DNA of 62,474 bases, filler included, from Kipferlia bialata (GCA_003568945.1; 3 parts of 3 records of this genome joined end to end with filler, not necessarily neighbours in it), one strand, 5' to 3'. Shown: positions 27,151 through 39,623, counted from the whole stretch's first letter. Numbers and translations are program-made. Notes: generated by a model from the sequence alone, not told the origin.

Positions 27151-30100
27151 CCTTGCATACATATATATATATATATCCTTGCATCATTGCATGAATGGGA
27201 CTGCCTCTGCCATTGGGAGGTCATCTACCATATGTATACATACCTAAGTATATATAATATATAATATATATATATAATATGATACATATATATGTATATA
27301 TCAATACCTGAATGGAACTGCCTCTGCCATTGGAAGGTCACTGTTACCAGCCTGGAGATCAAGAGAGGCATTGGACTACACATTCAGAACTTTTCAGGCA
27401 CGCCATTGGCTACAATACACACACACATATATATGTCTATATTTATATGATTGTCTATATATTATCTATATATATATGCATATATATCCCTACCTTCCTA
27501 GGGAGTATGCCTCGATTGGCCACAAAGGCTATGTACTAATTCTCTCTCTCTCTCTCTCATTCTCTCTCTCCATATATATATCTATATATATTAATGAATA
27601 TGTACATATCCATACCTTCCTAGGCAGTATGGCCCCATTGGCCACAAAGGCCACACCCCCTGCAGACACAGTCTGGCTGGGGGTGAGATATCTACTTATA
27701 TATGGGATATATACATAGAGATTGATATGGTGGGCTATGCTATGATAAATAGGCCACACCGCCTACAGACACAGTCTGGCTGGGATAAAGGGTATGTATA
27801 TAGAGTGTATATATAGATAGAGAATGGTATGATGGTGGGAATGTGACATATGATATGGGTCACACCCCCTGCAGACACAGTCTGGCNNNNTGGGAATGTG
27901 ACATATGATATGGGTCACACCCCCTGCAGACACAGTCTGGCTGGGGGCCATTAATGTTATGTATAAGATATAAGTATATAAAATCCTACAAATGCATACA
28001 ATTCCGCTCTAACAGTACTTCTTCGCATCTCTCACTCTATGTATACCTTCTGAGCGACACTGCGTTCTCCTTGGTCCTGACACCTCTTATCCAACAACAG
28101 ATACAATAATAATATACGTATATACTACAGAAGTACTGAATAATAGTAATATATGTATATATATGTGTGTATATGTATACCTTCTGAGTGACACTGCGTT
28201 CTCCTTGGTCCTGACAGCCAGGGCACCGGCAGCGGCCTGCATTAATATATGAGTATATACATACATATATATATATAGAAAGAGAGAGAGAGGGAGAGAG
28301 AGAGATGCTTGGTCCTGACAGAAAGGGCACCGGCAGCGGCCTGGTGGTTAGTATATATATATATGAGTATATATACAGAGAGAGAGAGGTGCAAGGGCAC
28401 CGGCATATTGTTACATGTCTATATCTATCTAACAATACATGCATACTGTAAGTGAGAGTGTGTGATGCTAGGGTAGCAGCAGCACCCTGCTAGGATCTGG
28501 TGGTACAATAGCAATATAGTGTACATTCAGATGAATATGTCGGCACCCCCCATCAGTGAATATCGGCAGTCTGCCCCCTCTCTATATGCATGTAGTATAT
28601 ATACCGTATCTCCCCACACCAGCGCCCACTGCAGTGCATAGGCCACTCTCTCGCTGTCTATATATATAAATGTCAATATATATATAACATACATATAAAT
28701 ATATACATTCATACCTTATCCCCCCACACCAGTGCCCACTGCAGTGCCTGGGGCAGTCTCTCTCCCTCTCTCTCTCTCTCTCTCTCAATATATACATTCA
28801 TATCGATATATGTACCTTATCCCCCCATACTAGTGCCCACTGCAGTGCCTGGGGCAGGTGGTCACACACGCCCAGGGCAGCGGCATTGCCAGCTATGCTC
28901 CTATAGTGAGATACATATACATATATATATATGAGTAGAGAGAGAGAGAGAGAGAGAGAGCGCGAGAGAGAGAGAGAATGGTCACACCCAGGGCAGCGGC
29001 ATTGCCTGCAATGCTCCTAGCGTGTGAGACATACTAGTAACCTGATAACTATTTACATAAGTATATATAGATATGTAGATATATATATATATACATATAT
29101 ACTCTATATACCTAGCGTATGCCGTTGCCACAGAGTAGAATCAAAACCAAGACATGTATATGGTTCACATACGAATATATACCCCTCGTACGCAGGTGCT
29201 GCACTGTAGAATGAATACCAAGCCAGATAATAGATACACTTATAGTATATACCTTCCATATGCAGGTGCCGCATAGTAGAACCTGGCTGTGACTGCACCC
29301 TCAGCAGAGACAGTCACACAGGCACGCCTAAGGACCTCCTGGCCTGAAATAAGGGTGTAGAGGGAGAGAGAGAGAGAGACAGTCACACAGGCACGTCTAA
29401 GGACCTCCTGGCTTATGGGTGAGAGGGGTCAGAGGGAGAGAGAGAGTGTGTGTGTGTGTGTGAAGGACCTCATGGCCTGGAATAAGGGTGTAGAGAGAGA
29501 GTTAACCAGGCATCAGTACCACTCTATATATGAAACATACCCGGTGTGTCACTGTTGAAGTAGCCTCCCTTGGGTCCGTCTGGCTCCCTGATGCCCTTGA
29601 GGGCAGTGGACAGGTGCATGGCCTATACATAAGTATATAAGTATATTAGTATATATGTATACTCATATATATAGTATTCATTCACTGATGTCCTTGTGGG
29701 CAGTGGAAAGGTGCATGGCCTAGGGCATAAGGGTGGGTCTATACCCAACTCTATGAACATGTATACAGTAAATAGCAATCGATATACATACACTACTCTG
29801 CTGTCCTTCAGAGCAGAGTTCAATGGCGAGTCTTCAGCTCAGCAGGCTGCATTTAAGGATGTGAATATATACAAAAGAGAGAGATTTAGTCTACTCTCCA
29901 AGGTTGAAAGGTAAGTGCAGCTCTTATGCCACTTCCACATCAATGAAAAACCTAATACCATATCATACAATCACATACCAGGAAGTCTGCTGCAGCTATC
30001 CTCTGATCATCGGTGGATCTGGCCTGGGGGTGAGATGTGTGTAAAGTATAGATGTTACTATTCAGAGGAGATGAACAAATAGTGATCATGAATGTATATG

Positions 30101-30258
30101 AACAATACAATATCCTCCACAGGTATTTACACAGTCTGGAGAGGCCGTCTGAAATGCAGTACATCATGTAACACCCACAACAACAATACAATCAGACATG
30201 AATATGGTATTATACCTCTGCCGGTATGCCCACTGTCTGTGGCGGCAGTCTGGCCTCA
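23910..30258 (-). CDS. ABC_ATPase-family P-loop protein (bacterial 'predicted ABC-class ATPase', MRB1590-like), 5' truncated by the scaffold end and apparently 3' truncated
   Basis: Spliced motifs: RIAAADFL, PGQEVLRRAC, ARFYYAAPAYGR, VAFVANGAILPRK, GCTLLVGGGFHGKSTLLRALETGVYDHRPGDGRE (Walker A), KVRAEDGRSV, FSTQNASGSTSQA, LLLDEDTSAMNLLVRD (Walker B), EPIVPL. All are characteristic of this family. Confidence 0.9.
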
Positions 30259-30277
30259 AGGAGAGATGTATATATAT

Positions 30278-30377
30278 NNNNNNNNNNNNNNNNNNNNNNN
30301 NNNNNNNNNNNNNNNNNNNNNTTAATTAATTAANNNNNNNNNNNNNNNNNNNNNNNNNNNNNNNNNNNNNNNNNNNN
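30278..30377. other. Artificial scaffold-concatenation spacer
   Basis: 44 N + TTAATTAATTAA (stop codons in all six frames) + 44 N = 100 bp. Identical to 53900-53999. Confidence 0.97.
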
Positions 30378-30390
30378 TTCACGGGGCCCT

Positions 30391-30427
<37 letters not shown>

Positions 30428-30458
30428 ATCAACTCTCATTGCTGCCATCAACTCCAGG

Positions 30459-33400
30459 ACATACCCCAAGTGACAGGGACAGACACGGTCTCAGACAACC
30501 TCATCGGGTCTGTACCAGAATCCCTCTTCTCTGGGTCCGCAGCCCCCCTCTCGTTCCTGGGTGGCTCTTCCATCGATGCTTCCATTGACCTGTTTGGCCA
30601 GGGGAGTGCCCCTGTTCAAGACCTGTATCAAGGGTCAGGGCAAGACTTAGGCAGGGGGGCACAGACCATACCCAGCAGCTACGGCCGGAACTCCACCTCA
30701 GGTACTAACAGTGCCGTACCTGTCTATTTCTTTCTATCTGTCTATTCTCTCTCTGACTGTGGTTCACCCCCCCTCCCCCCCCTCACTCTAGCGCTGGATG
30801 AGTCCCTCTTTGGAGGCAATGTGCCCTCCCTCGACGACCTGCTGTTCCCCAAGAGATCCAGCAGGATAGGGGGGCAGACAGGCATAGACACAGGCATAGA
30901 CCAGGGGCAGGGCAAGCATCCGGCAAGTCCATCTGCCACTGCCACTACCCGATCCTCAGTGACCCTCAGTGGTATTACTGGGGAGGCCACCACTTGGGGA
31001 GAGAGGCGAGAGAGCAGGGACAGTGGGTTGGTCAGTGTGTCTGGGGACCTTGGGGCAGAGGGTGAGGGTGGGATGGATGAGAGTGGCCCAGCACTGCCCC
31101 AGTCCCAGCCTACCTCGCCCCCTCTGGCCCAAGGCACCGTCTCAACACTATATGTCTCTGCCTACAAGGAGCCAGTGAGAGAGGAGTCCGGCAGTGCAGG
31201 TGGCACAGATGAGGTGAGGGTGTCGGGCCCTCTCAGGGTCAGTGCATCTGAGACAGACACTGGTGCAGCTGCCAATGCGGTACACCCTGACTCTGCCGAG
31301 CCCGTCCATATACATGAGATGCTGATACATGAGATGGCCACCCAGACACAAGCGTCCGTCGTATCCACCGGATCACAGACTGTTCTTAGGTATTGATGTT
31401 TATATTGCAGTTGTTGCCGCTAGTAACCGAGTGAGTGTGTGCCTCTGATCTCTCTCTGCCCTTACCCAGTATGGCTGTAATGGAGGAGACACCGGCGGAT
31501 GGGTACCCTGGCCGATACCCAGACCCACCCCACCCTCTTGGGACCCCAGGGGGTGCCTTCCCAACCGACAGAGGCATCCACACATACAGCTCTCCCCTCC
31601 AGCTGCAGAACAAGAGTTTCCTGTCTCCAGCCGAGCCTGTCACGTTCCGTCCACTTGACACGTCGTCAATGGGAGGTACTGCATTGATATAGTGGTACCT
31701 CTTCCTTTGCTCACCTCCAGACACCCCGCTTGCGGAGAGTCCCTTTCCTCCAACCACCACTGGGTACCATGAAGATGGACAGGGAGAGAGTAATGGGGAG
31801 GGGGAGGCTGGCAAGGCAGGCCCAGACCAGTCTGTTGAGGAGGGTTGCACTGGCCAACTGGCAGACGATGCTGCTGCTGCACCTACAGTGCAACCACCCA
31901 CAGGTATACCCCCATCACCTACCATGGGTGATGGGTTGACAGGCACTGTGGCAGGGACTGATGTCCCAGACACATTGTATGATGCACACCCTGATATGCT
32001 GAGAGAGGCCATGGAGGCAGAGGGGCCAGACCTGTACAGGGGTGGGGTGTCTCTCCCGCCCGATGCTGACCGTGATGGGTATGATGTGTATCAGTCTGAT
32101 GTAGAGGGGAGGCACAGTGTGTCTGTCGGGGTAGGCGCAGACAGGCGTCTCTTGCGCAGTCCCCACTCGACGTCTCTCCCACCCGCTGTCTCCCCTTCTA
32201 CTGTCTCCCCTTCTACTTGTCGTTCCCAGTCTCCCTCTCCTTCTGGCTCCTCCGTGCATTCCAGACAGGGGAGGGGAGAGAAGGGGTATAGCGACGAGAG
32301 CCACGACTCTCGAGTGTCTGAGTCTCCTGTGAGAGACTCTGACTCTGACGAATCAATGAGGGAGGAGATAGGGGATATGGAGAGAGAGGGGAATGTCGAG
32401 GAAGGTGTTGGAGAGGGGGGGATGGAGTGCCCTGCTGAGGGAGAGGGATGGGAGGGTGTAGAGAGAGAGATGGCTGGAGACTCTGGTCGTAGTCTGTCTG
32501 GGACTCTCAGTACTCACACCATGCAGGGAGAACACCCAGACCTCACTGTGTCTGCCTATAATGCCACCCTTCCAGGCCAGGTGGGATGTAGTATTGTAAG
32601 TCGTAGTTGATTGTGCCTCTGTGTCTCTGACCTCAGATGACCCTATCAGGCACCGGTCGCCCTCAAAGACCTCCCCCCAGCGCCCCAGGTATATCGTGTG
32701 GTGTAGTGATTTGTGAAGAGAGTGTGCCATCTGTCATCATATTCAATGTGTTATGGCCCTCTACCCAATTCCATATTCTGTATGGTGTTGTATATCATGG
32801 GGCATTGTGATATATCATCAAGCTGTGTCCAGTCAACTATTGGTCCAGCCTCTGACGGCAGGTCTCTGGTATCCGTCCACCACCCTGATTGGGCTCCTTG
32901 TCAAGGAGCAGAGAGAGCGGCAACAGAGGGTGTTGTCTGCACAGCCAGGCCCAGACGCATATGCTGACTCTGAGGCTGAGGCTCTGAAGGCATTGACGGG
33001 AAAGACCATAGTGGTAAGGTATTGAATGGGTGTTTGGGCATCCCATTATATGTGTCTCATATCGGATACCGGGATGACACACTGATATCTACACTTCCGT
33101 TGCAACTTCGGTTAGGTCTCTTCGTCCTTCTCCCTCTGACCATGAGGTATGAGGTGTCGCAGCAGGACTCCGTGTCCACTGCCCTCTCCCACACAATGGG
33201 CACAGATCTGCCTCTGATCGTCAGGTAGGGGGTCGGCACAGACTCTATGGTGTCCTTCTGCTTTGCCATTCGTCTCTCACCCCACTCACCCAGACCCCGT
33301 GCCTGCAGTCTGTCTGTCTCCATGTCCACGAGGACCCAGGAGACATCAGATACCAAGAGGTGTGTTGCGTAGATACCGTTCTCCTGTGAGCATTCTTGTG

Positions 33401-33878
33401 ACACTGACCCCAGGGAGTGGATGGCCGGGGTTACCCAGTCTGCCCCGACCCCTCTCCTCTCAGTCACACCCATAGGGCTGGGCGGGGGGGACACAGTGGC
33501 CCTGGCAGACACAGACCTCGTCAGCACGGGGGCCCTAGGTGTGCACTTCCATTACTCTTGTTACTGCTAGAGAATGTATAGATACATACTGAATAATGTG
33601 TATGTCCTGATCTTGTTCTCATGGGACAGGTCCTGATTTCGGGCGAGTGGCCACTGAGAGAGGTCTAGATACAGACCTATGCCTCTCCATCTGGTACAGG
33701 CTACCGAGGCATGTCACCGTAGGGTATGTCTAACGATGCATGTGTATGTGCATGTGACGTGTACCCTCTGTCTGACCCCAGTGGTGTGCCTGTCTCGCAT
33801 GGGTCTGTGCACCTGGTCTGTGGGTCCAAGGCTATGTGTGAGTCTCTCGCCACTTCACTGCAGACCCTTGTCTTATAG
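30459..33878 (+). CDS. Hypothetical Ser/Pro/Gly/acidic low-complexity protein with a possible C-terminal PH-like domain (5' truncated)
   Basis: Long GC-rich exons (30791-31389, 31721-32580) with GT-AG introns. Terminal exons give ...LCLSIWYRLP...GSVHLVCGSKAMCESLATSLQTLVL* (TAG 33876-33878), which resembles the last strands and helix of a PH fold. Confidence 0.55.
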
Positions 33879-34445
33879 GCCCTGCCACAGGATGCACCCT
33901 TTCAGGTGTACTAGATACTGGGTACCCACTTTTGGCCATAGACCATGGACGCCTGTCCTAGTAGCAAACTCTGTTGCCACTGAGTTATTGTTCCCTCGGC
34001 ATTAGCCCAGGCTACGATACATGCTTGCCAACCATCTCATCACCCCTGCCATTATCATTGGGCAAGTAGCCTCTGTGCTATTTACCTAAGACGATGTCCA
34101 CTGGCATGTATATTATTGTAATAGCACTATACTGTGCCATTATGTGTTTGAATGTGGACCTCAAGTGCGTAGATGATTCCCTGTACAATTCTCAATGGCG
34201 CAGCATCATGAAAATGTCTATGGCTGTTTTAAATATGCCCCAAGCAGCGTTAGCAATAGAAGTGTGTATCACACCGGAATGTTGGAGTTATGATCAAAAC
34301 TCGCTGGACCAGGGAAACAAATTGAAATGAACTCTCGGTTCAACTCTAACAGTTGAGAAGAACCCCTTTTCCATTTTTTGCTACGATATCTGTGTGCCGC
34401 AACGGTGCTCTTCTAGGCTCACGTTGTGAAGGGAACGTGAGGAAG

Positions 34446-37400
34446 ATGGGAGATCCGTCGAGTGATGACCTATATCGGTCGATACTCATGTGTACTATGC
34501 GGTTGGCATGTCTCCCTGAAGCTAGAGAACTAGCTGCAGAGTCAGAGGTGACGTATAGTGATACACACATACTGTTTCAACCTTCACACAGACACACTGT
34601 TACAGTGTCACCTCTCTTTGCATACATTCTTTGTCTGACCCCCCCCTTCCCCAACTGGCCGGTCCTATTCTTATCCCAGACTCTGATTGCTGCCCATCCC
34701 GTATCCCCCTATGTGTCCTGTGCCTTTGAGGCCAGTCTGGGTATGCTGACAGTGGAGGGACTCAAGCAGCCTCTCCTGGATGCCAGGAAGAGGTCTGAGA
34801 ATGGTACGTCTGGGAAGGACTGAATCGGTAATCATACATATGGCCATTCTGACTCATATCTGGTCTTGTCCTTGTATCTCCTATGTGTACTGACATCCAG
34901 GTGATTACACTGCCTTGGAGGCAGATGAGGTGTCTGTGACAGCTAGTGGGTGCATTCAGTCCCTAGGAGCCACCCCTGCCGGTGCTGTGTTCATAGTGGG
35001 ACAGGTATAGGCTTTCACTCATCTGGTGTCACTGTGTGGTATATATATACTATTACTTATCTCTCAGGACCTGTATGCCGCCAAGTTTGGGAGTGCGTCC
35101 CCCTCACAGGTGACTGCTGTGGGCGCAGGAAGTAGGGTAGTCCAGCTCTCTGAGACCTACAAGGTGTGACAGCTGTGTTGATTGTTCACATGCCTGTGTT
35201 TGCTATACATCTTCCTTTATATATACGAATGCCCCCTCTCTCCCCTTTCCCTCCCCTGCCTTCAGGTCTCCAGCGGCCTGGTCACCTGTGTGGTACACAC
35301 CCCGGAGCAGAGTGGTCTGGACCTGGTGGTGTGTACTGAGGGAGGGGCAGTGTCTCTCCAGCATGTCCCTTCTCTCCCTGGATTCCCCACACCCTCTCTA
35401 GCCAAGTACCCGACAGCACTGATGCTGCCCCACTCCAAAGGTAGGATATATTCATGGATTCATCACCCATACAGTCATTTGCGTATTCACTTCACAACCC
35501 CACCTCTAAGACAATACCATACCTCCTGTCCCCTGTAACCCCAGGTCTGTTTGCAGCCCCCATGTCCCCCCCTGGTGACTATGACTACATGATCCCTCTG
35601 CTGCAGTACAGTGCCTCTTCCAAGGGTCTCGAGGAGATTGAGGTGAGTTGAGAGTGTGTATCATGCCATGCTCCCAACCCTCTCTGATGTACCTGTTCCT
35701 AGTCCTCATGCCAGGAGAGACAGGTCGTCGAGGAGTATGACTGTGATGTGCCTGCCCCTAGCATTGCCGGTGGGTACTCTCTGTCGAGACGCATCTCTCC
35801 TTCCCTCTGTCTCCCTCCCCCCCAGTGCCCCCTCCCTCACCCCCAGGCATCATGGCGCTGGATGCAGACGAGGACGACTTCCCAGAGGAGCCAGAGGACT
35901 TCCTGCCCTCCTGCTGCGGAGTCACTACCCTCTCCCTGCCCCCCTCCCTCTTTGGAAAGGATGGGGAGGACTCCCCGTGCGATGTCCTGTTCACAGCCTC
36001 CACAGGGACACAGGTATCAGTATCAGTATCAGTATAACGTGGCAGTGGGGTCTCTTACGGTTATGTTCGTCAGTGACCGTGTATCCTCTCTCATCCTCAG
36101 GAGGTTATGATCCATGCCTTCTTCTATGACAGCCCCTCTACCCCGGCTGTCCACCCTGTCCAGGTCTCCGGGCCTTCTGCGACGCCCACTCCTGCAAGTG
36201 TACAGCCCAAGCCCGCTGCCCCATCGGCATCTGAGACACCCAAGTCTGCCTTTGCTGGGTTTGGAACTCCAACAGGTGGCCTGGCCCCTGCCCCCCCTGC
36301 CGCATTCGGAGCCTTTAGCGCAGGACCGAAGAAGGCTGGCGGTTTCGGTGGGTTCGGAGGGTTCTTCTCCGATGCCAAGGCCTCCCCCTCCACAGCACAG
36401 CCCACAGGTACAGTCCTAGTGCAGATCGATGGAATCATTCACGATTCATATGATCATGATATTGTGCCGTAGCATTCTTCTCACCTGTAGGCTTTGGTGG
36501 CTTTGGCAAGAGTCAGGGGACCTCTGCTGCTAAGCCTGCTGCTGTGTCTGGGTTTGGGGTCCAGTCTGACCCCGCCCCCACCTCTGGGTTCGGTGGCTTC
36601 CCCCCTGCCTCCACTGCCTCCACTGGGTCTGGGTTTGGAGTGCCTGATACTGGTAGCACCTCCGCTCCCTCCTCAGGCTTCGGGGGCTTCGGGGTACCCT
36701 CACAGACCGCCACACCCTCCCACCGGCCCTCCTTCAATGTGGTGTTCGGTGGTACCCCAGCTGCGGCTGATACCACCGATGCCGATAAGGAGGGGACCAC
36801 CTCTTCAGGTATAGGAGTCTCTGTTCATATGTGCATTTGCCTGTTTGCCTTCATCTCTCATCTCCCTACTCCCTGCCTGTCTCATCTTAGGGTTCTCGGG
36901 CTTCGGGTCCTTTGGGTCTGGGGCTGCCCCTGGCTTTGGCTCCACCCCCTCCAAGTCCGTGTTTGGTGTGTCGACAGGTACCGATGTCACCCCCGCTGGG
37001 CAGCAGGTCTCCAAGGACTCCAAGGACTCTACCAGGGGACAGACGGAGGTGGATGAGATAGATGAGACTGCACAGCCTAGGGCGTTCTCACAGTCCCTTT
37101 CTCCCGCTGTCAGCCGTCCTTCATTTGGCGAGTCCGGTGCTGGTGGTGGCCGCCTGTCTCCTGTCCTTCCTTCTGTCAAGCAGAGTGACGTCGAGCAGAG
37201 TGACGTCGAGCATGGTGACGTGAGTGACGAGGAGTCCGAGACTGCCACTCTCGAGTCATCCCCGTCCCCACCGCTCTCTCCCACTGAGGGTGGCCCCACT
37301 GGCTCCTTTGGTGGGGATAAGACATCCATATTTGGGTTTGGAGCTGGTGAGTCTGCTCCAAAGGCAGAGTCAGACAAGCCTGCCACTGGATTCGGTGGGT

Positions 37401-39623
37401 TTGGAGCATCCTCTTTCGGTGCTAAGCCAGCTGAGACCGACGCTGCCGACAAGCCTGCTACTGGATTCGGTGGATTCCCATCTTCATCTTTCGGCGTCAA
37501 GCCCGTGGAGTCCAAGCCTGCTGACAAGAAGCCCGACGCTGGTGGATTCCCACCCATGTCCTCTTTCGGTGTCAAGCCCGTGGAGTCCAAGCCTGCCGAC
37601 AAGAAGCCCGACGCGGGTGGATTCCCTCCCATGTCATCTTTCCAGGCACCTCAGGCAACCCCAGCTCCCTCGGGCGCTGCGTCTTTCGGTGGTATGGGAC
37701 TGTGTTGTTACCCATATTTAGTATTTGGTGCTATTCTTGTGTTCTTGAGTCTCTTGTTGCTAATGTGTCAGGTGCAGCCGCCGCTCCAGCTGCAACTGGG
37801 TTTGGGGCCACAGGTACCGTGTTATATGTATATCAATGGGACTGGCGAGTGTGCCATGTGTTTGTTGCTGATACATTGTAAAACAGATTGATTCTAATCC
37901 TAGCTGCCCAGCCCACTCAGTCTGCACCTGCAACTGGATTTGGAACGACAACAACAGGTGGCTAGTTTGTTGGAGCAGTAGTGTATATGAATGGACAGTG
38001 ATTCCTATATACTTTGCCTTCTCTGTATCCTCAATGATCTGACACAGGTTTCGGTGCCACTACAACTAGTACCGCTGCTCAGGGTGGAGGTGCCACAGGT
38101 TTGATGTGTCTGTTGTCATATATGTGTTTGCTACAATGAACCATCGGTTGTATCCAAGTGCCTGTATTCATTTAGGCCTGTATTCATTTACCCACTGCAG
38201 GGTTCGGTGTCTCCACCCCTGCCAAGCCCGGTGCCTCTGGATGGGGCTCTTCCAGTGGGTGGGGCCAGACAACCACAGCCACAGCCTCGCCAGCCGCTGC
38301 AGCCCCTGCACCAGCTGCCTTTGGGGTGGCCCCTGCCCCACCTGCCCCCAGTGCCAGTACCAGTACCTTTGGCCAGGCTGCACCTAAGGAGACCCCCAAG
38401 GCATCAGGTGCGGATGTACAGTGTTGATTGACATGTCCAGGGTGTGATACCAACACGTATATTCAATGTCACTTTGATGTGTTGTTCTATATTGTCCTCA
38501 TTCGCAGGCTGGGGCTCCTCTAGCGGCTGGGGTACCAACCTCGGAGGAAAGGGTGAGTTCTCTGCTATTCATTTCCCATGTTAGGATAGTCTCAACGTTC
38601 TGTCCCTCACCTCTAGCCACTCCTGCTGCGTCTACACCTAGTGGCTGGGGAGCCTCTCCCGTTGCTGCTCCGGCCCCTGCCAAGCCTGCAACTGGAACTA
38701 CTGGTAAGTCATGTACACATAATTCCTTGGTATATACATATTGCACTACCTTTTCACCAGCCCTGTTCCAACGATAGGCTTTGGGGCCCCTACTACCACT
38801 GCCACTGGGGGCTGGGGCAGCTCTAGTGGCTGGGGCGGCACCACCACAGGCACCCCTGCTGCTGGTACCCCTGCAGCCCCAGCTGGGTTCGGGGTAGCCC
38901 CTACCAGCCAGGCACCTGCAGGTAAGAGGCATCCTCCATTGATTATGGGTGTGAAGGACTATATCAGTATGTGGAACATGTGGCAAGAGTGGCTACATAT
39001 CCACCCTGATCATCACCTCCCCTCACCCCCAGCCTCAGGGGGGGCCCTTGCCCCATTCAAGCCCACGACATCCTTCGGAGCCCCTACTACAGGCACCCCT
39101 TCAGGTAGGGGAGAGCTCTCATTGTGGACATTGTCTCTGTACTTTCTTATGTGTATACAATTATGTACCTGTGGCCTCTAAGACCAGCTGGAAGCTTCAG
39201 CGGCTTTGGTGGCTTTGGAAACAAGCCCACTGGCACTGCTGCTCCCCTGAGTGCCCAGACCCAGCCAGCCACACAGGCCCCAGGTACATGTGCCCATCTG
39301 CTATATCACACTGGCATATCTGATACTGTATACACACACACTCATGTCTCTCGTGCATGAGGCGTGATGACCCGTCTTTCTTACTGTCTACCCCTGCCAC
39401 TCTCACTCCAGCTGGTTTTGGCACCCCGAGCACATTCGGTGGGTTCGGACAGCCAGGTAAGGAGGATATTGTGTGGCACATGGCAACCTCTCTCGGATGC
39501 ATCTCCCTGACACCAGGCGTTGCCCCCACATCCAACCCCTTCAACTCCCTTGGTAACACCTTTGGACAGGGGGCAGACAGTGGTGGCCTCCAGTTCAAGA
39601 AGTCCTCTTTCGGAGGGATGTGA
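34446..39623 (+). CDS. FG-repeat nucleoporin with an N-terminal globular (possibly beta-propeller) domain, Nup159/Nup214-like organisation
   Basis: ATG at 34446. The first part is beta-rich with no FG motifs. Dozens of FG/GFG motifs follow across exons 36250-39620 (AFAGFG, GFGGFGGFF, SSFGVKP, FSGFGGFG), ending GGLQFKKSSFGGM*. Confidence 0.8.
37484..37640 (+). repeat. Tandem 75-bp coding repeat (SSFGVKPVESKPADKKPDAGGFPPM x2) in the nucleoporin
   Basis: Two near-identical units, preceded by two diverged DKPATGFGGF units. Confidence 0.9.

Larger units (their letters stand above)
150..29500. repeat. Dispersed intronic tandem 'echo' copies of exon ends plus splice sites (dozens of loci)
   Basis: Examples: ccagacctcccacggccttgag at about 157/241/361; gagaggccactcaggcagaag|gtattg at about 1166/1267/1358; ag(g/t)tgtggcccggtgt at about 6171/6241/6328/6417; acctgtcatccctgaccagcaggttcatgg-like copies at about 24335/24439/24547/24672; cctgaatgacattgccatggc at about 20494/20598/20701/20817. 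Confidence 0.95.

Noticed and set aside
378..30325. Numerous 60-170 aa ORFs rich in YI/LS/RE/CV
   Set aside because: Translations of intronic microsatellites with pieces of exons. The real genes appear only after splicing.
30278..30377. Palindromic TTAATTAATTAA inside N runs (also 53944-53955)
   Set aside because: Six-frame-stop linker added when scaffolds were concatenated. It is not biological, so gene neighbourhood across it is meaningless.
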